Shown here piece by piece: positions 20,409-29,461 of a DNA stretch of 64,000 nucleotides. Location of the stretch: NCBI GenBank assembly GCA_964495255.1, contig CAZBVC010000004.1, forward strand, positions 953 to 64,952, read 5' to 3'. Under the pieces are notes generated by a model, which had not been told where the DNA came from, searched no databases, and saw only the letters and a program-made list of their open reading frames with translations. The position numbers and the translations under genes were made by a program. The number at the start of each line of letters is the position of its first letter. The stretch's first letter is position 1. The stretch comes from an uncultured Oscillospiraceae bacterium (GTDB taxonomy: Bacteria; Bacillota; Clostridia; Christensenellales; CAG-138).

Positions 20409-21527
20409 TTACAGATCCTTTACGAAGCATCTGCGGCGCTTGTGCTGCTCGCTCTCGTAACGCCCCCATTGGGAAATAATGTTGGTGTTCATTTCCAGCA
20501 TCGGTCCCGTCTCTGCAAACTTAAACCCGTAACGCAGCGCCTTGTTCTGGAACTCGTTTAATATCACGGCGTTGACGCCCATGCCCTGATAATCCGGATG
20601 CACGGCGATAAGCAGCAGATCGAGCGTGTCGTTTTTGCCTTTCAGAGCCTTGATGAGCGAGACCCATCCGAACGGCAGCGTGCGTCCCTTGATCTTGCGC
20701 ATGGCGTAATCCAGCGCGGGGCAGGCGATGCCGAAAGCGATCATCTCGTTCTTGCTGTTGTAAACGAACGACGTGGTGCGCGCGTTCACCATCGGTAAAA
20801 ACTCGCTCGTGTACTTTTCCATCTGACGATCCGTCATGGGCACCACGCCGAAAAGCACGTTATACGTCTCGTTCCACAGCGCGAACACGTCGCGCATCAG
20901 AGCCCTGATCGGGATGTCGCCCAAATTGACCACATGAAGCTGCTTGCGCTTTATAATATAGCTTGACAGCTTTGCGATATGCTCGTCGAGCCGGTCGGGC
21001 GTTTTCAAGCGCAGCTCCACCCAGTCCACCTGCTTGCCGTAGCCGCGGCGCTCCATCTGCTCTTTATAATATGGGTAGTTATAGTAGGTGTAGAACAGGC
21101 TCATGCGGTCGAACCCCTCCACGAGCATGCCCTCGCGATCCATGTCCGAAAAGCCGAGCGGCCCATGCACCGCCGTGCAGCCCTTCTCCCGCGCCCAGCC
21201 TTCCAGCGCGTCGAACAGCGCGTCCACGACCTCGTCGTCGTCGATAAAGTCTACATGCGAGAAGCGCAGATAGTCCTTACCGAACTTTTTGTTCGCCAGC
21301 GTGTTGAGGATGCCCGCGATGCGCCCGACGATCTTCCCGTCTCGATAGGCAAGGAAGCACCTTGCGTCGCAATAGGCGAACGCGGGATTCTTTTCGCGCT
21401 GCATATCCTCCACCTGGCTCTTGAGGATGTCCGGCACATAGTACGGGCAATCCCGGTAGAGCTCCAGCGGGAACTCCATAAACTTGACAAGGTCCTTTTC
21501 CGATTCGGCAATTTTGATCGTTACCAC
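20409..21527 (-). CDS. GNAT-like N-acyltransferase family protein, 372 aa.
   Basis: C-terminal GNAT core (LLLIAVHPDYQGMGVNAVIL). GTG start with SD GGGGGGAG 7 nt upstream. Confidence 0.7.
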   Translation of the reverse strand: MVTIKIAESEKDLVKFMEFPLELYRDCPYYVPDILKSQVEDMQREKNPAFAYCDARCFLAYRDGKIVGRIAGILNTLANKKFGKDYLRFSHVDFIDDDEVVDALFDALEGWAREKGCTAVHGPLGFSDMDREGMLVEGFDRMSLFYTYYNYPYYKEQMERRGYGKQVDWVELRLKTPDRLDEHIAKLSSYIIKRKQLHVVNLGDIPIRALMRDVFALWNETYNVLFGVVPMTDRQMEKYTSEFLPMVNARTTSFVYNSKNEMIAFGIACPALDYAMRKIKGRTLPFGWVSLIKALKGKNDTLDLLLIAVHPDYQGMGVNAVILNEFQNKALRYGFKFAETGPMLEMNTNIISQWGRYESEQHKRRRCFVKDL

Positions 21528-21561
21528 CTGTATACTCCCCCCGCTTATTAAACTGTTCGCG

Positions 21562-22548
21562 TCATTCGTTCAGGCGCGGCGTTTCCTCGACGTCTTCCTG
21601 TTTTTCCGCTTCCGCCAATGCGGCGGCGGTCTTCCTCTGCTTTTTCTTTTTCTTCGAGATGATGATCGGCAGCCCGATGCAAAGGAACAAAATGCCCGCG
21701 GGAATGATCGCGATGGCGATGAATATGCCGACCGCCGCGACCGCGTTCACCATGAACCGCGCGCTGTTTTGCAGCCCGTCCCACATACGCTTGCCCACGT
21801 CGGACGCCTTCCAAATCGTGATGAGCTCCTTCTGCTGCTCGACCGCCTGCTTGGGCGTGCGGTTGATCGTAAGCTCCAGCGTGGCGTAATCCACGAGGTT
21901 GTCGTAAAGCTGCATCGTCGCGGAATAGCTCTCGATATCCGCGCGCACGCTCGTCAAGCTCTGCCGCACGGCAAGCACGTCCTCAATCGTGTCGCAGCGT
22001 TCCAGCAGCTCGACCAGCTGCTTTTCCTCCGCCTGTGCGTTGCCGAGGCGCGCCTTGATATCGTAATAGTTACCCGAGATGTCGTCCGAGCTTAGGCGAT
22101 AATCGTCCACCTTACCCGTCGCTTCGGCGGCGTTGATCAGCTCCTCGAGGGAATCCGCGGGAACTTTAAGCGTCGCCGTGCAGCGATACGCGCCGTCCTC
22201 GTCCGTCGTCGTGTAGGACGCGGCGACATAGCCGCCGAGCGCCTCCGTTTTCGCCGTCAGCTCGGCAAGCGCGGTTTCGGGCGCATCCGCCGTAACGCGC
22301 ATATCCGCCGTGTAGACGATCTTGCGCACGGTGGAGTCCGCCTGCGTGCTCTGCTGCGCGGAATCCGACGTTGTTGACATTTCCTGCGCCTTGGGCGCCT
22401 CCCCCGCGGCGAAGGAATTGCCGTAAGACATATCGCTTTCATACGCGGCGGTATCATACGCGACCGACTCCGACTTCGCGGCGCATGCGGAAAGCAGCAG
22501 CACGCTGCACAGGGCGAACGCAAACGCGATCCATAGCTTTTTCTTCAT
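21562..22548 (-). CDS. DUF4349-like lipoprotein with a C-terminal membrane anchor.
   Basis: Lipobox LLLSAC after MKKKLWIAF, a coiled-coil middle region and C-terminal TM segments. Internal ATG 22548 with an AGGAGG SD. Confidence 0.65.
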   Translation of the reverse strand: MKKKLWIAFAFALCSVLLLSACAAKSESVAYDTAAYESDMSYGNSFAAGEAPKAQEMSTTSDSAQQSTQADSTVRKIVYTADMRVTADAPETALAELTAKTEALGGYVAASYTTTDEDGAYRCTATLKVPADSLEELINAAEATGKVDDYRLSSDDISGNYYDIKARLGNAQAEEKQLVELLERCDTIEDVLAVRQSLTSVRADIESYSATMQLYDNLVDYATLELTINRTPKQAVEQQKELITIWKASDVGKRMWDGLQNSARFMVNAVAAVGIFIAIAIIPAGILFLCIGLPIIISKKKKKQRKTAAALAEAEKQEDVEETPRLNE

Positions 22549-22628
22549 AACACTCGTGCCTCCTTTTAATCGGGTTAACACCCTTCTACCATACCACACT
22601 TTGTCGAAATTGAAAAGGTTGCATATCA

Positions 22629-22654
22629 TTACCCGTTATTTACCCGTTATTTTA
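22629..22654. repeat. Tandem 11-mer TTACCCGTTAT x2, plus a partial third copy.
   Basis: Exact copies at 22629-22639 and 22640-22650, in the upstream region of the DUF4349 gene. Confidence 0.8.
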
Positions 22655-22693
22655 CAACATATCCCGCCGCGCGCACCCACGCGTCGGATATGT

Positions 22694-22718
22694 AAAAAAC
22701 CGTCCTTTCTTCGGACGG
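22694..22718 (-). terminator. Intrinsic terminator after the sortase gene.
   Basis: On the minus strand: CCGTCC-gaagaaa-GGACGG followed by T6. Confidence 0.8.
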
Positions 22719-22742
22719 TTGTATGCGCAAACAATCTTCTCT

Positions 22743-23549
22743 TTACGGCAGGTCGGGCGAGACGGCGGGATCGGTCGATTCCGCTTGCGGCAAGGTAACG
22801 GCGTTCGCTTCTTCGTTTTCCAGCTTGCAGGAAACGAGCAGCCTGCCTGTTCCGCCGTCCGGCAGGCACACGCAGAAGGAGACGACGCGATCGCTCGCGG
22901 TCACCGATACGTTGGATTCAAACGCGGAAAGCTCCCTCAGCTCGTCCAAGAACGCCTCGAACGCCTCGTCGCTCCCGAACGAAATCGGAATGTCGCTGCG
23001 GTGTTCGCCCACGCGCGCGCAGGCAAACACGGAAAGCGTTTTCTGCGTTCCGTCGGGCAAAAAGAGCGTCAACGCGGGATGACGCATCAGATAGTTGGGA
23101 TTTTCGTATTCCCACAGCGCGCCGAGCATCGCGCCGCTTTTGAGCGCGTGCCCGTAGATCACCGTATGACGGTCGGAAAAGTCGCTTGCGTTGGACGCGT
23201 CCAGAAACGGCGTGCCGAGCTTGTTCCTCTTGCCGTTGAATATGCGGGTCAAATAGGTTTCGTTGTCCGCAGTCTGCACGATGGGCAGGTCGATCGCCGT
23301 ACCGCTTAACGCGACCCACGCCTTCACATCGGAATTGGCGGCGGACAGCGCGGAAAAATCCACGGCGTCGCCGATATGCGCGCTCTTTGCAAGGTCGGCG
23401 TAATACGAACCGCCCACGGTAGGCGCGAACAGCGCGGAGGCAAGCAGATACAGCCCGAGCAGCGCGGCGGCGCAAAGCAGCACAAAAACCGTCCAAAGGA
23501 CGCCCAAAATCACGTTTTCCTTGCGTTTTTGCCGTTTTGTCCGCTTCAT
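22743..23549 (-). CDS. srtB: Class B sortase.
   Basis: N-terminal signal anchor, catalytic His (TVIYGH), Cys (SFCVC) and Arg (GRLLV). Confidence 0.8.
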   Translation of the reverse strand: MKRTKRQKRKENVILGVLWTVFVLLCAAALLGLYLLASALFAPTVGGSYYADLAKSAHIGDAVDFSALSAANSDVKAWVALSGTAIDLPIVQTADNETYLTRIFNGKRNKLGTPFLDASNASDFSDRHTVIYGHALKSGAMLGALWEYENPNYLMRHPALTLFLPDGTQKTLSVFACARVGEHRSDIPISFGSDEAFEAFLDELRELSAFESNVSVTASDRVVSFCVCLPDGGTGRLLVSCKLENEEANAVTLPQAESTDPAVSPDLP

Positions 23550-23640
23550 AAAAAAAGTATACTCCCGCGCGCACGGCTTTGCAACGCGCCATGACAAAAC
23601 GTTACAAATTATTGCCACATTTCATAATCTTCGCGCGCAT

Positions 23641-23666
23641 AAAAAGCCGCCCCCGTCGGAGCGGCT
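23641..23666 (-). terminator. Intrinsic terminator after the acyl-CoA ligase gene.
   Basis: On the minus strand: AGCCGC-10 nt loop-GCGGCT followed by T5. Confidence 0.6.
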
Positions 23667-23684
23667 CAGAATCAATTCGAATCG

Positions 23685-25421
23685 TTACCCGACCTGCTTT
23701 TCGGCTTCTTCCTTTTCCAAAACCGTATACGCAACCTTGCCCACGAGCGTTTTGGGCAGCTCGCTGCGGAACTCGATGTCATACGGCATGGCGTATTTCG
23801 CAATATGCTTGCGGCAATGCTCCATGAGCTCCTCTTTGAGCGCGGGCGTCGGCAGCACGTTTGCGCGCAGCACCACGAACGCCTTGACCTTCTGCATACG
23901 GTAGGAATCGGGCACGCCGATGACGCAGCTCATTTGCACCTTGTCGTGCATATCGATAATATTCTCGATCTGCGAGGGGTACACGTTGTAGCCGCTCGTT
24001 ACGATCATACGCTTGATGCGCTGCCTGAAATACACGAACCCGTCCTCGTCCATGAAGCCGAGGTCGCCCGTATGCAGCCAGATATGCCCGTCGGCGTGCT
24101 TTTGGAGCGTGTCCGCCGTCTCCTGCGGCTGATTGACGTATTCCAGCATGACGGACGGCCCGCATAGGCAGATCTCGCCCTCCTCGCCGCAGGGAAGCTC
24201 GCTCGTCGTATGCGGCTTGACGATTTTATAGTAGGTGTCGGGATACGGCAGACCGATGCTGCCCTCGCGATACATATCGTAGGGGGTGAGGCAGCTCGCC
24301 GTGACGCACTCCGTCGTGCCGTAGCCTTCGCGCACCTGCACCGTCGCGCCATGCTCCTTCAAAAACCGGTCGAACTTCTTTTTCAGCTCGACGGAGAGCG
24401 AATCCCCGCCCGAAAATACGCCGAGCAGACAGCTCAAATCCACGCCGTCCATAAAGGGGTTGCGCGTGATGCCCTCATAGAGCGTCGGCACGCCCGCGAT
24501 ATAGTTCGGCTGCTCCTTTTTGAGCAGCTTGGCGTAGCTTTCCACCGATACGCGCGGCACGAGAATCGCCATGCCGCCCGAAGCGAGCATGGAGTGGATG
24601 CACACGCCCAGCCCGAATCCATGGAACATGGGCATGGCGGCGAGCATCTTCCTGCCCGGCTCGAAGCAGTTGCTCATCGCGGCGGTCTGCATCCCGAGCG
24701 CGTTGAAATTGAGATTGGAGAGCAGAATGCCCTTCGTTACGCCCGTCGTGCCGCCCGAAAACAGGATCACGGCGGGGTCGTCGCCCTTTCGGGATACGAA
24801 GCAGCTATCGTCCCTGCCCTTCGCGCCGCCGAGAAAGCGATCCCACCAAAGCACGGGCGCGTCCTTCGGAACCTTCTTGACCTTCCGCCCCTCGGTGAGC
24901 TTGTAGCCAAGCGCCATGATCGGCGTAAGCGCGTCGGCAACGGAGGTAAGAACGAGCGTATGCAGATCGACTTCCTTTCGAACCTCCTCAAACTTGCCGT
25001 AAAACTGATCGAGCGTCACCGCCACGCGGGACTCGGAATCCCGCAGGTAGAACGCGATCTCGCCCACGCTGGACAGCGGATGGATCATCGAAGCAATCGC
25101 GCCGATCCTGTTGAGCGCGTAAAAGCACAGAACGATCTGCGGGCAGTTCGGCATACAGAGCGTAACCTTGTCGCCCTTGCCCACGCCAAGCGCGGAAAAC
25201 GCCTTCGCCACGCGCGCCACCTCGCGCATCATCTGCGCGTAGGACGTTTTTGCGCCCATAAACGAGAACGCGGTGTAGCTCGGATACAGATTTGCGATTT
25301 CCTCGACCTGGTCGGTCATGGAACAGTCCGGATAGGTCAAATGCTGCGGTACGTCGCCGTAAAACGCCAGCCACGGCGCTTTGACGTTGGACATATCCTC
25401 CTTCAACCAATCAGTATTCAA
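23685..25421 (-). CDS. AMP-dependent synthetase/ligase (long-chain fatty acid-CoA ligase-like).
   Basis: AMP-binding motifs ILFSGGTTGVTKG, GYGTTE and TGDLG. The start is either TTG 25421 or ATG 25394. Confidence 0.85.
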   Translation of the reverse strand: MNTDWLKEDMSNVKAPWLAFYGDVPQHLTYPDCSMTDQVEEIANLYPSYTAFSFMGAKTSYAQMMREVARVAKAFSALGVGKGDKVTLCMPNCPQIVLCFYALNRIGAIASMIHPLSSVGEIAFYLRDSESRVAVTLDQFYGKFEEVRKEVDLHTLVLTSVADALTPIMALGYKLTEGRKVKKVPKDAPVLWWDRFLGGAKGRDDSCFVSRKGDDPAVILFSGGTTGVTKGILLSNLNFNALGMQTAAMSNCFEPGRKMLAAMPMFHGFGLGVCIHSMLASGGMAILVPRVSVESYAKLLKKEQPNYIAGVPTLYEGITRNPFMDGVDLSCLLGVFSGGDSLSVELKKKFDRFLKEHGATVQVREGYGTTECVTASCLTPYDMYREGSIGLPYPDTYYKIVKPHTTSELPCGEEGEICLCGPSVMLEYVNQPQETADTLQKHADGHIWLHTGDLGFMDEDGFVYFRQRIKRMIVTSGYNVYPSQIENIIDMHDKVQMSCVIGVPDSYRMQKVKAFVVLRANVLPTPALKEELMEHCRKHIAKYAMPYDIEFRSELPKTLVGKVAYTVLEKEEAEKQVG

Positions 25422-26304
25422 TGTTCAGCGCCTCCTTTGCGGGCACGTCCAGCAGCGTCGGTTCGCTCAAAAGCCGTTTGAGCAGATGAACCGTCTTTGC
25501 GTAATAATAGCCGTCCGCGATGCGCTCGTCGAGCGTGATGCCGATCTCGACGGCGGGTCTCATCGAAACGCCGCCCGCATCATCATAAAACGGATACATA
25601 TGCTTTTCGCCCAGCACCACGAACACGGAGTTCGTGCTCCAATTGGTAAGGTGATGATAGCCCGCGCTCAGCTTGATGGAGCCAAGGTTCGAGATAAATA
25701 CCGTGCTGTTATACGGATCCTCCTTGGCGATATCCTTCGGCATGCGGCCGTGATCGTCCAAGCGGCGCAGCGTGTTCATCACGAATCGACGCACGCCCTG
25801 CGGCAGCTTGGCGAGCATATCCAAAATATCGGTCGTATTGTCGGTTTCGTCCTTCGTGCGCAGGGTGTAAACAAAGTCGCAGAGCTTGTCGTGCAAAACG
25901 TCGATGCAGGGCTTTTCGCTGTCCGTATCGTACTTCAAGATCACGATGGACTCCGCGCCGTTATCCGCAAACGCCTTTTTTGCGATCAGCGAAAACGTGA
26001 TGTTGTCGCGGTCGTAATAGTTGCCGCCGATGATAAAACGGTTCATCCGCGGGCGCATCTCGACGGTGCGCGAAAGCGCGGCCAGCACGACATGAAAAAT
26101 CGTGTATTTGTGCGCGGGATTCGTCGCGTTTTTTGCCGCGACATACGCGTCCACGGCGGAAAAATCGATCAGCTCCCGCACGAACGCCTCGTTGTCCGCA
26201 CGGTTCGGCAGCATATGCGGCAGGAACGCGTGCATCGAGTCCAAATCGCGCACGCGCGACGCGTCGCGGCGATCCCCGCGCGGTCTCTTCATTTTCTTGT
26301 CCAT
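25411..26304 (-). CDS. Stand-alone 2-oxoacid dehydrogenase E2 / CAT-fold acyltransferase-like protein, with no lipoyl domain.
   Basis: The C-terminal IGITLDERIADGYYYAKTV aligns to the E2 motif sLsxDHRxxDG. 297 aa. Confidence 0.7.
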   Translation of the reverse strand: MDKKMKRPRGDRRDASRVRDLDSMHAFLPHMLPNRADNEAFVRELIDFSAVDAYVAAKNATNPAHKYTIFHVVLAALSRTVEMRPRMNRFIIGGNYYDRDNITFSLIAKKAFADNGAESIVILKYDTDSEKPCIDVLHDKLCDFVYTLRTKDETDNTTDILDMLAKLPQGVRRFVMNTLRRLDDHGRMPKDIAKEDPYNSTVFISNLGSIKLSAGYHHLTNWSTNSVFVVLGEKHMYPFYDDAGGVSMRPAVEIGITLDERIADGYYYAKTVHLLKRLLSEPTLLDVPAKEALNIEY

Positions 26305-26354
26305 TCCAATCCTTCCCCATCTTATAAGAATAATTGCGGTATAATGATTCTCAT

Positions 26355-26383
26355 AATATATACGAACGGATCGGAAATGTCAA
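26355..26383 (-). promoter_or_regulatory. Sigma-A promoter TTGACA-N17-TATATT for the acyltransferase/ligase pair.
   Basis: Consensus -35 with a 17-nt spacer, in an AT-rich spacer about 50 nt upstream of ATG 26304. Confidence 0.7.
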
Positions 26384-26461
26384 CGAACTGTGACGGAACG
26401 CCACATTATGTACAAAATTTGGAATTTGGGTAAAGACGCGTTTCCTTTTTCTTTCCGCGTG

Positions 26462-26492
26462 AAAAAGCGATCGCCTGTCGACCGACCGCTTT
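26462..26492 (-). terminator. Intrinsic terminator after ypeB.
   Basis: On the minus strand: 7-bp stem GCGGTCG/CGATCGC with a 9-nt loop, followed by T5. Confidence 0.65.
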
Positions 26493-26528
26493 CGTTTGTA
26501 TTTGTTCTGTTTTGAACGAACGCACCCC

Positions 26529-27980
26529 TTACACCACGAGCTGACCCCGATCGGAGTCGATAATCTGGAAGATCTCCTCCTCCGCGCCCGTGACGGCGTT
26601 GATATACACGATAAACGACGTCTCGCCGCGCTTGCCCTTGAACTCATAGCAAAGCCGCTCGTCCGCCGCGGTTTTCGGAATCAGAGCAAGCGCCACGCTC
26701 TCAACCTTCAAGTTTTCGGACACCGCATTCGCCGCCTCCGCCTCGGTCATCGTCGGCGCGGGCAAATCCCGCGTCGTATGCCGCATGAGGTAGTTTGTCA
26801 TGTCCGCCCCGACAATCCGCGCGTCCGCCTGCCAAACGTATACCTTGACGAGATCCGCATACAGGATGACGCCGTCCTGCATTGCGGCAAAGTTGAACAC
26901 CGCCGCGCCGCCGTAAAACTGCGCATAGGCGGGCGTCATGTCGGGGTAGCCGCGTTCGGCAAGGTAAGCGCGCGCCGCTTCGCTCAGGCGCTTGGTTTCC
27001 TCCTCGGAGGGAATCGCATCCTCCGCCGCTTCCCGCTCCGCCATAAACCGCAGCACCTTTCCGCCCTGCCGCGTAACGGTAATCTCGATCGTTTGCCCGA
27101 ACGCGTCCGTTCCCATAAACGTGTAAGCGGGAATCGTTCCGTTTTCAAAGGCAAGCAGGCTGATACTGCCGCCGCCCAGCCAGGCAAGCGCCGCTTGCTG
27201 CGCGCCGTACTCGTCCACGTCGGCGCCGGGCAGCCCGCGCGGGGCGGCCGTCTCGTTGCTCTCGGAAAACGGCCCGTCATAGATCAAGGTCGGATAATTG
27301 GCGATCGCGTCCTCGTTTTTCCCCTCGTCCGAAGCGCCCGCCTGCCCTGCTTCGCCTGTCGTATTGCCGCCCGCCGCGCCGTCGCTTACGGCATAATATC
27401 CGTCCTGCGTATAGGTCGGGAAATCGTCCGCGTCCAAGCGCGCCTTGATCTCGTTTCCGATTCGTACGCTCGCCTCATGCAGCGCGTCGAGCTGCTCATA
27501 ATCGGCGCTTTGCAGCATACCGCCCGACAGAACGCGCGCAATCAGCGAATCCGCATAGTCTCCGATGCGCACGATCAGCGCGTTCAGCTCCGCCGTCTCC
27601 GCATGGGAAACGGGCAGGTTGGAAAGGTTTACCGCCGCCGCCCCCGAAAGCCGCCAAACGTCGGAAAGCAGCTCCACATGCCGCGCGGACGACGCGGTAA
27701 TTTGCAGCTTGGAAAGCGCGGTCTGCAAGTCGTTTACGTTGTCATGCAGCGCATAATACGCCTCGCGCTCCATCGCCTCTGCGCGCCGTTCGAGCGATTC
27801 GGCATAGGATGCGCGCTCCGTGGCGTATACGCATACGACCCCGAGCGCGACCGCAAGCAGGATCGGCAAAGCGACGGCAAGCGCCGTCCAAAACCGTTTG
27901 ATTCCGCGCCGCGCTTCCTTTTCACCGCCGTTTTCGATTGTTTCCCGTTCCATCGGGTTTGTTCCCTCCGTTTCGCTCAT
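26529..27980 (-). CDS. ypeB: Germination protein YpeB.
   Basis: N-terminal TM segment, the YpeB-type region (LQTALSKLQITAS...VWRLSGAAAVNLSNLP) and C-terminal PepSY-like repeats. The ATG overlaps the sleB stop (ATGA). Confidence 0.8.
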   Translation of the reverse strand: MSETEGTNPMERETIENGGEKEARRGIKRFWTALAVALPILLAVALGVVCVYATERASYAESLERRAEAMEREAYYALHDNVNDLQTALSKLQITASSARHVELLSDVWRLSGAAAVNLSNLPVSHAETAELNALIVRIGDYADSLIARVLSGGMLQSADYEQLDALHEASVRIGNEIKARLDADDFPTYTQDGYYAVSDGAAGGNTTGEAGQAGASDEGKNEDAIANYPTLIYDGPFSESNETAAPRGLPGADVDEYGAQQAALAWLGGGSISLLAFENGTIPAYTFMGTDAFGQTIEITVTRQGGKVLRFMAEREAAEDAIPSEEETKRLSEAARAYLAERGYPDMTPAYAQFYGGAAVFNFAAMQDGVILYADLVKVYVWQADARIVGADMTNYLMRHTTRDLPAPTMTEAEAANAVSENLKVESVALALIPKTAADERLCYEFKGKRGETSFIVYINAVTGAEEEIFQIIDSDRGQLVV

Positions 27981-28687
27981 TTGCAGAACACATGCCGCCC
28001 GATGCGCGTGATGATCGGGCGCGATCGAATCCATTGATTGCTCGTTTTGTCCGGGTTGTAATAATAGATGCAGCCGTTTGTCGGGTCGTAACCGTTCATT
28101 GCATCCTTTGCCGCCTTGATTGCGGTCGCGTCGGGCGAAAGATTGATTTGCCCGTCGTTGACGACCGAGAACGCGCCCGGCTGATAAATTACGCCCGCGA
28201 TGCTGTTTGGGAAGCTGCTGCTCTCGACGCGGTTGAGAATCACCGCGGCGACCGCGACCTGTCCCTTATACGATTCCCCGCGCGCTTCGCCGTAAACACA
28301 GCGAGCGAGCAGGTTGATATCCCCGCTCGCCGTAGACTGACTGCTTGACGAACCCGACGAGCCGCCCGACGAGTCGCCCGAAAGCTGCATACCGAGCGCC
28401 TTCAACGTCGCCTGCCCGACGACGCCGTCCGCCGTCAAGCCGTTCTTGCGCTGGAAATACCGAACCGCCTCCTCGGTCTTGCTGCCGAATATGCCGTCGA
28501 TCGGGCCGCTGTAATAGCCCCAGTTTTTCAGCTTCTTTTGCAGCGTGATCACGTCGTCCCCGCTCGCGCCCTTTTTCAGCGACGCCGCCTGCGCCGAGGA
28601 CGTCAGCGCAACAAGCAGCGCAAGCGTCGCAAGCAGCAGGCAAAAATAACGAAGCGCGTGTTTCCCGTGCCGCTCCCGCCGCGTCAT
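27977..28687 (-). CDS. sleB: Spore cortex-lytic enzyme SleB.
   Basis: Signal peptide, a PG-binding domain (GDDVITLQKKLKNWGYYSGPIDGIFG) and a hydrolase-2 domain (LLARCVYGEARGES...VILNRV). Confidence 0.85.
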   Translation of the reverse strand: MTRRERHGKHALRYFCLLLATLALLVALTSSAQAASLKKGASGDDVITLQKKLKNWGYYSGPIDGIFGSKTEEAVRYFQRKNGLTADGVVGQATLKALGMQLSGDSSGGSSGSSSSQSTASGDINLLARCVYGEARGESYKGQVAVAAVILNRVESSSFPNSIAGVIYQPGAFSVVNDGQINLSPDATAIKAAKDAMNGYDPTNGCIYYYNPDKTSNQWIRSRPIITRIGRHVFCK

Positions 28688-29244
28688 GAAAACACCTCCA
28701 ATGACCGAAGGAAGCGCAAAATGCTGCTTTCAAAGCGAATTTCGCCGTCCTTCGGCACGGACGCGCCGTCTCTTGTCACGATGCAGAGCGGCGGAAACAG
28801 CACGCACCACCAATTCTGCCCGCGCCCTTGTCCGAGCACGATGCGCAGCGCGCGGTAATCCCCCGCGGGGTATGTCTTTTCGCCGTATACGCGCGTCGGA
28901 AACGCATACGTTCCCAGCATGAGCTGCACGCCGTAGGAAAAGCCGTTTTCGCGCAAAACCGCTTCCGCCGCCGCGAGCAGCTCCCTGCCGTTTTGCAGCA
29001 AAAGCCGCTCCGTTTCGGCCGCGGTTTCACCCGCCTTCATTTGCGTAAGCACCGCGTCGCGCACAAGCAGCTTGACGCGCTGATCCGCCGCGGAATCGCT
29101 GTTTGCCAGGATGTGCAGCCGCAGCACGTCCGTTTCTTCCGCGCCGCGCGCGGAGATGAGCGGCATACAAAGCGCAAGTGTAAACGCCATCGCCAGCAGG
29201 CATGCCGCCGCGCGTGATTTGAAACCAAATATCATGTCCTTCAC
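28684..29244 (-). CDS. spoIIR: Stage II sporulation protein R.
   Basis: LRLHILANSDSAADQ and WWCVLFPPLC signature motifs. Confidence 0.85.
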   Translation of the reverse strand: MKDMIFGFKSRAAACLLAMAFTLALCMPLISARGAEETDVLRLHILANSDSAADQRVKLLVRDAVLTQMKAGETAAETERLLLQNGRELLAAAEAVLRENGFSYGVQLMLGTYAFPTRVYGEKTYPAGDYRALRIVLGQGRGQNWWCVLFPPLCIVTRDGASVPKDGEIRFESSILRFLRSLEVFS

Positions 29245-29359
29245 CTCTCTTTTGCGAGTATGGACAGCTTTGGGGGCGCTTATGCGCGCCGCGTCACGCA
29301 GAAAAACGTTTTTATCATCGAAATAAGCAGGAAAAAGCGCAAAAATAGCAGTGTAACAA

Positions 29360-29388
29360 TAGACATTTTCTATAACGCGTGCTATGCT
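29360..29388 (+). promoter_or_regulatory. Candidate promoter TAGACA-N17-TATGCT.
   Basis: Upstream of the small ORF at 29462. The leader contains the hairpin ACCCGC-ctttttt-GCGGGT (29408-29426). Confidence 0.4.
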
Positions 29389-29461
29389 GGTATCGTTGAT
29401 TGAAAATACCCGCCTTTTTTGCGGGTTCGCCGGCTCTTGATGGAATCATGGAGAATGCTTG

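Noticed and set aside
26496-28037. 513-aa plus-strand ORF opposite ypeB/sleB.
   Set aside because: It is a shadow ORF. The minus strand encodes YpeB and SleB, which have clear signatures.
29245-29330. Sigma-F-type promoter for spoIIR (GCATAA-N14-GTCCATACT on the minus strand).
   Set aside because: It matches the -35 but fits the GGnRAnAnTW -10 consensus at only about 5 of 10 positions. That is too weak to call without a PWM scan or TSS data.
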